Origin: Terriglobales bacterium
GTDB lineage: Bacteria; Acidobacteriota; Terriglobia; Terriglobales; Acidobacteriaceae
NCBI GenBank assembly: GCA_035272945.1
Contig: DATEPX010000399.1
Coordinates: 797 to 64,796 of the forward strand
Direction: 5' to 3'
Length of the DNA: 64,000 nucleotides
The notes under the pieces were generated by a model. It was not told the origin of the DNA and did not search any database. It was given only the letters and a program-made list of their open reading frames with translations. Each line of letters begins with the position of its first letter. Within the stretch, counting starts at the first letter, position 1. A program made the translations under genes and the position numbers. Below, one piece after another: positions 62,774 to 64,000 of the stretch.

Positions 62774-64000
62774 ATGGCCGAATCTCCGATCACCGCGCGC
62801 AGTCAGGATTTTGCTACTTGGTACCAACACGTTGTTTTACAAGGCGACATGGCCGAGCCCGCGGAAATCGTCAAGGGCTGCATGGTCATTAAGGCCAACG
62901 GCTACGCTGTTTGGGAGTTGTTGCAGCGCGAGCTTGACGGCCGCTTCAAAGCCACGGGTCACCAGAACATGTATTTTCCTCTGCTGATTCCGCAAAGCTT
63001 TCTACATAAGGAGGCGGAACACGTTGAAGGCTTTTCTCCTGAATTCGCGGTAGTAACGCTGGCCGGCGGCAAGCAACTGGATGAGCCCTACGTGATTCGG
63101 CCGACGTCGGAGACGATCATCGGCCACTTCTTCGCCAAATGGATCAAGAGCTGGCGCGATCTGCCAGTACTGGTAAACCAGTGGGCCAACATCATTCGAT
63201 GGGAGCTGCGCACGCGCATGTTTCTGCGAACGACAGAATTTCTCTGGCAGGAAGGCCACACCGCGCACTCCAATCATGACGAGGCTGTGAAGGAAGTGCG
63301 GCGCATTCTGGATGTGTATGCCGAGGTGGCCGAGGACGTAATGGGGGTGCCTGTTGTCAAGGGCGTGAAGACCCAATCGGAGAAGTTCGCGGGGGCGCTG
63401 CAAAGCTATTGCATCGAAGCCATGATGCAGAACGGCTTCGCGTTGCAGGCCGGCACCAGCCACGACCTCGGACAGAACTTCGGCAAAGCGTTCGACGTCC
63501 AGTTCCAGAACAAGGAAGGCCAGCTCGACTATGTCTGGCAGACCAGTTGGGGCGTGAGCACGCGCCTGATCGGTGGGCTGATCATGAGCCACTCCGACGA
63601 TAGGGGGCTAGTGCTGCCGCCGAAGCTTGCGCCAACCAAAGCCGTGATCGTTCCGATCTATTGCAAGGACGGCGAGAAGGATCGCGTACTCGAAGCTGCG
63701 CATCGCATCGCAAAAGAGGTTGGGGCAAAGGTAGACGACCGCGAAGGCCAGACTCCTGGCGCGAAGTTCTTCCATTGGGAGCGTCGTGGCGTGCCGGTTG
63801 TACTCGAATTCGGCCCACGCGATCTGGCATTAGGCAGTATCGTACTCAAGCGGCGCGACACCGGTGGCAAGCAGCCGATGCCACAAGCCGAACTCGCGGA
63901 GAAGCTGCCTGCGCTTCTAGGCGAAATGCAAAAGAACATGTTTGAGGCCGCGAAACAGCGATTAAGAACGAATACGGTGCTGGCCAACTCGATCGGCGAG
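62774..64000 (+). CDS. proS: Prolyl-tRNA synthetase, archaeal/eukaryote-like type, first 409 codons (3' end outside window)
   Basis: The ORF runs from ATG 62774 to the window end with no stop, so it is absent from the ORF track. It reads [28 protein letters not shown]...[14 protein letters not shown]...[58 protein letters not shown]...[20 protein letters not shown]...[25 protein letters not shown], which includes class IIa motifs 1 and 2. Confidence 0.95.
   Translation, partial: MAESPITARSQDFATWYQHVVLQGDMAEPAEIVKGCMVIKANGYAVWELLQRELDGRFKATGHQNMYFPLLIPQSFLHKEAEHVEGFSPEFAVVTLAGGKQLDEPYVIRPTSETIIGHFFAKWIKSWRDLPVLVNQWANIIRWELRTRMFLRTTEFLWQEGHTAHSNHDEAVKEVRRILDVYAEVAEDVMGVPVVKGVKTQSEKFAGALQSYCIEAMMQNGFALQAGTSHDLGQNFGKAFDVQFQNKEGQLDYVWQTSWGVSTRLIGGLIMSHSDDRGLVLPPKLAPTKAVIVPIYCKDGEKDRVLEAAHRIAKEVGAKVDDREGQTPGAKFFHWERRGVPVVLEFGPRDLALGSIVLKRRDTGGKQPMPQAELAEKLPALLGEMQKNMFEAAKQRLRTNTVLANSIGE

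Overview
The gene content points to an Acidobacteriota (Terriglobia-like) chromosome, roughly 55-60% GC by eye. It has giant CarboxypepD_reg-type TonB-dependent receptors, CadC-wHTH+TPR and acidobacterial-type LuxR regulators, ASPIC/FG-GAP proteins and many TPR proteins. About 80% of the window is coding.

Main blocks:
(1) 1-4300: a decayed region. It holds a HigA tail, fragments of a proton-antiporter subunit, a frameshifted oxalate decarboxylase and a PAS stub, next to intact genes for a beta-hydroxyacid dehydrogenase, a UBP zinc-finger protein and a DUF47 protein.
(2) 4606-8001: an AMIN-domain TonB-dependent receptor (TBDR).
(3) 8065-13348: a translationally coupled minus-strand cassette of three paralogous ATP-grasp enzymes, a mannitol-1-phosphate-dehydrogenase-like enzyme and an MFS transporter, with a LuxR regulator next to it. 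I consider this the best candidate for an undescribed small-molecule system.
(4) 15966-20487: a porin, a half-size PstS-like binding protein, a histidine kinase and an OmpR-type regulator.
(5) 21262-25291: a PIN-like toxin, a MocR regulator and a membrane protein.
(6) 25737-38966 and 42194-53048: two glycan-utilisation-like loci built from TBDR+TPR(+ASPIC) modules with GH127, DUF1680, GH172 and six-hairpin hydrolases.
(7) 38967-42190: a small mobile/toxin-antitoxin islet inserted between the two loci. It carries the Fic 'mobile mystery protein' A/B pair with a conspicuous tandem operator, a truncated HigB-like toxin with an intact XRE antitoxin, and a transposase remnant.
(8) 53388-58280: an IS256 scar that directly abuts a 1,535-aa SF1 helicase fused to a Vsr/DUF559-like nuclease (a defence-like gene).
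(9) 58695-64000: a CadC-like regulator, a two-domain cupredoxin, two head-on gene stubs and the 5' 409 codons of proS.

I found no rRNA, convincing tRNA or CRISPR array. All functional calls rest on motif recognition by eye; no searches were run.
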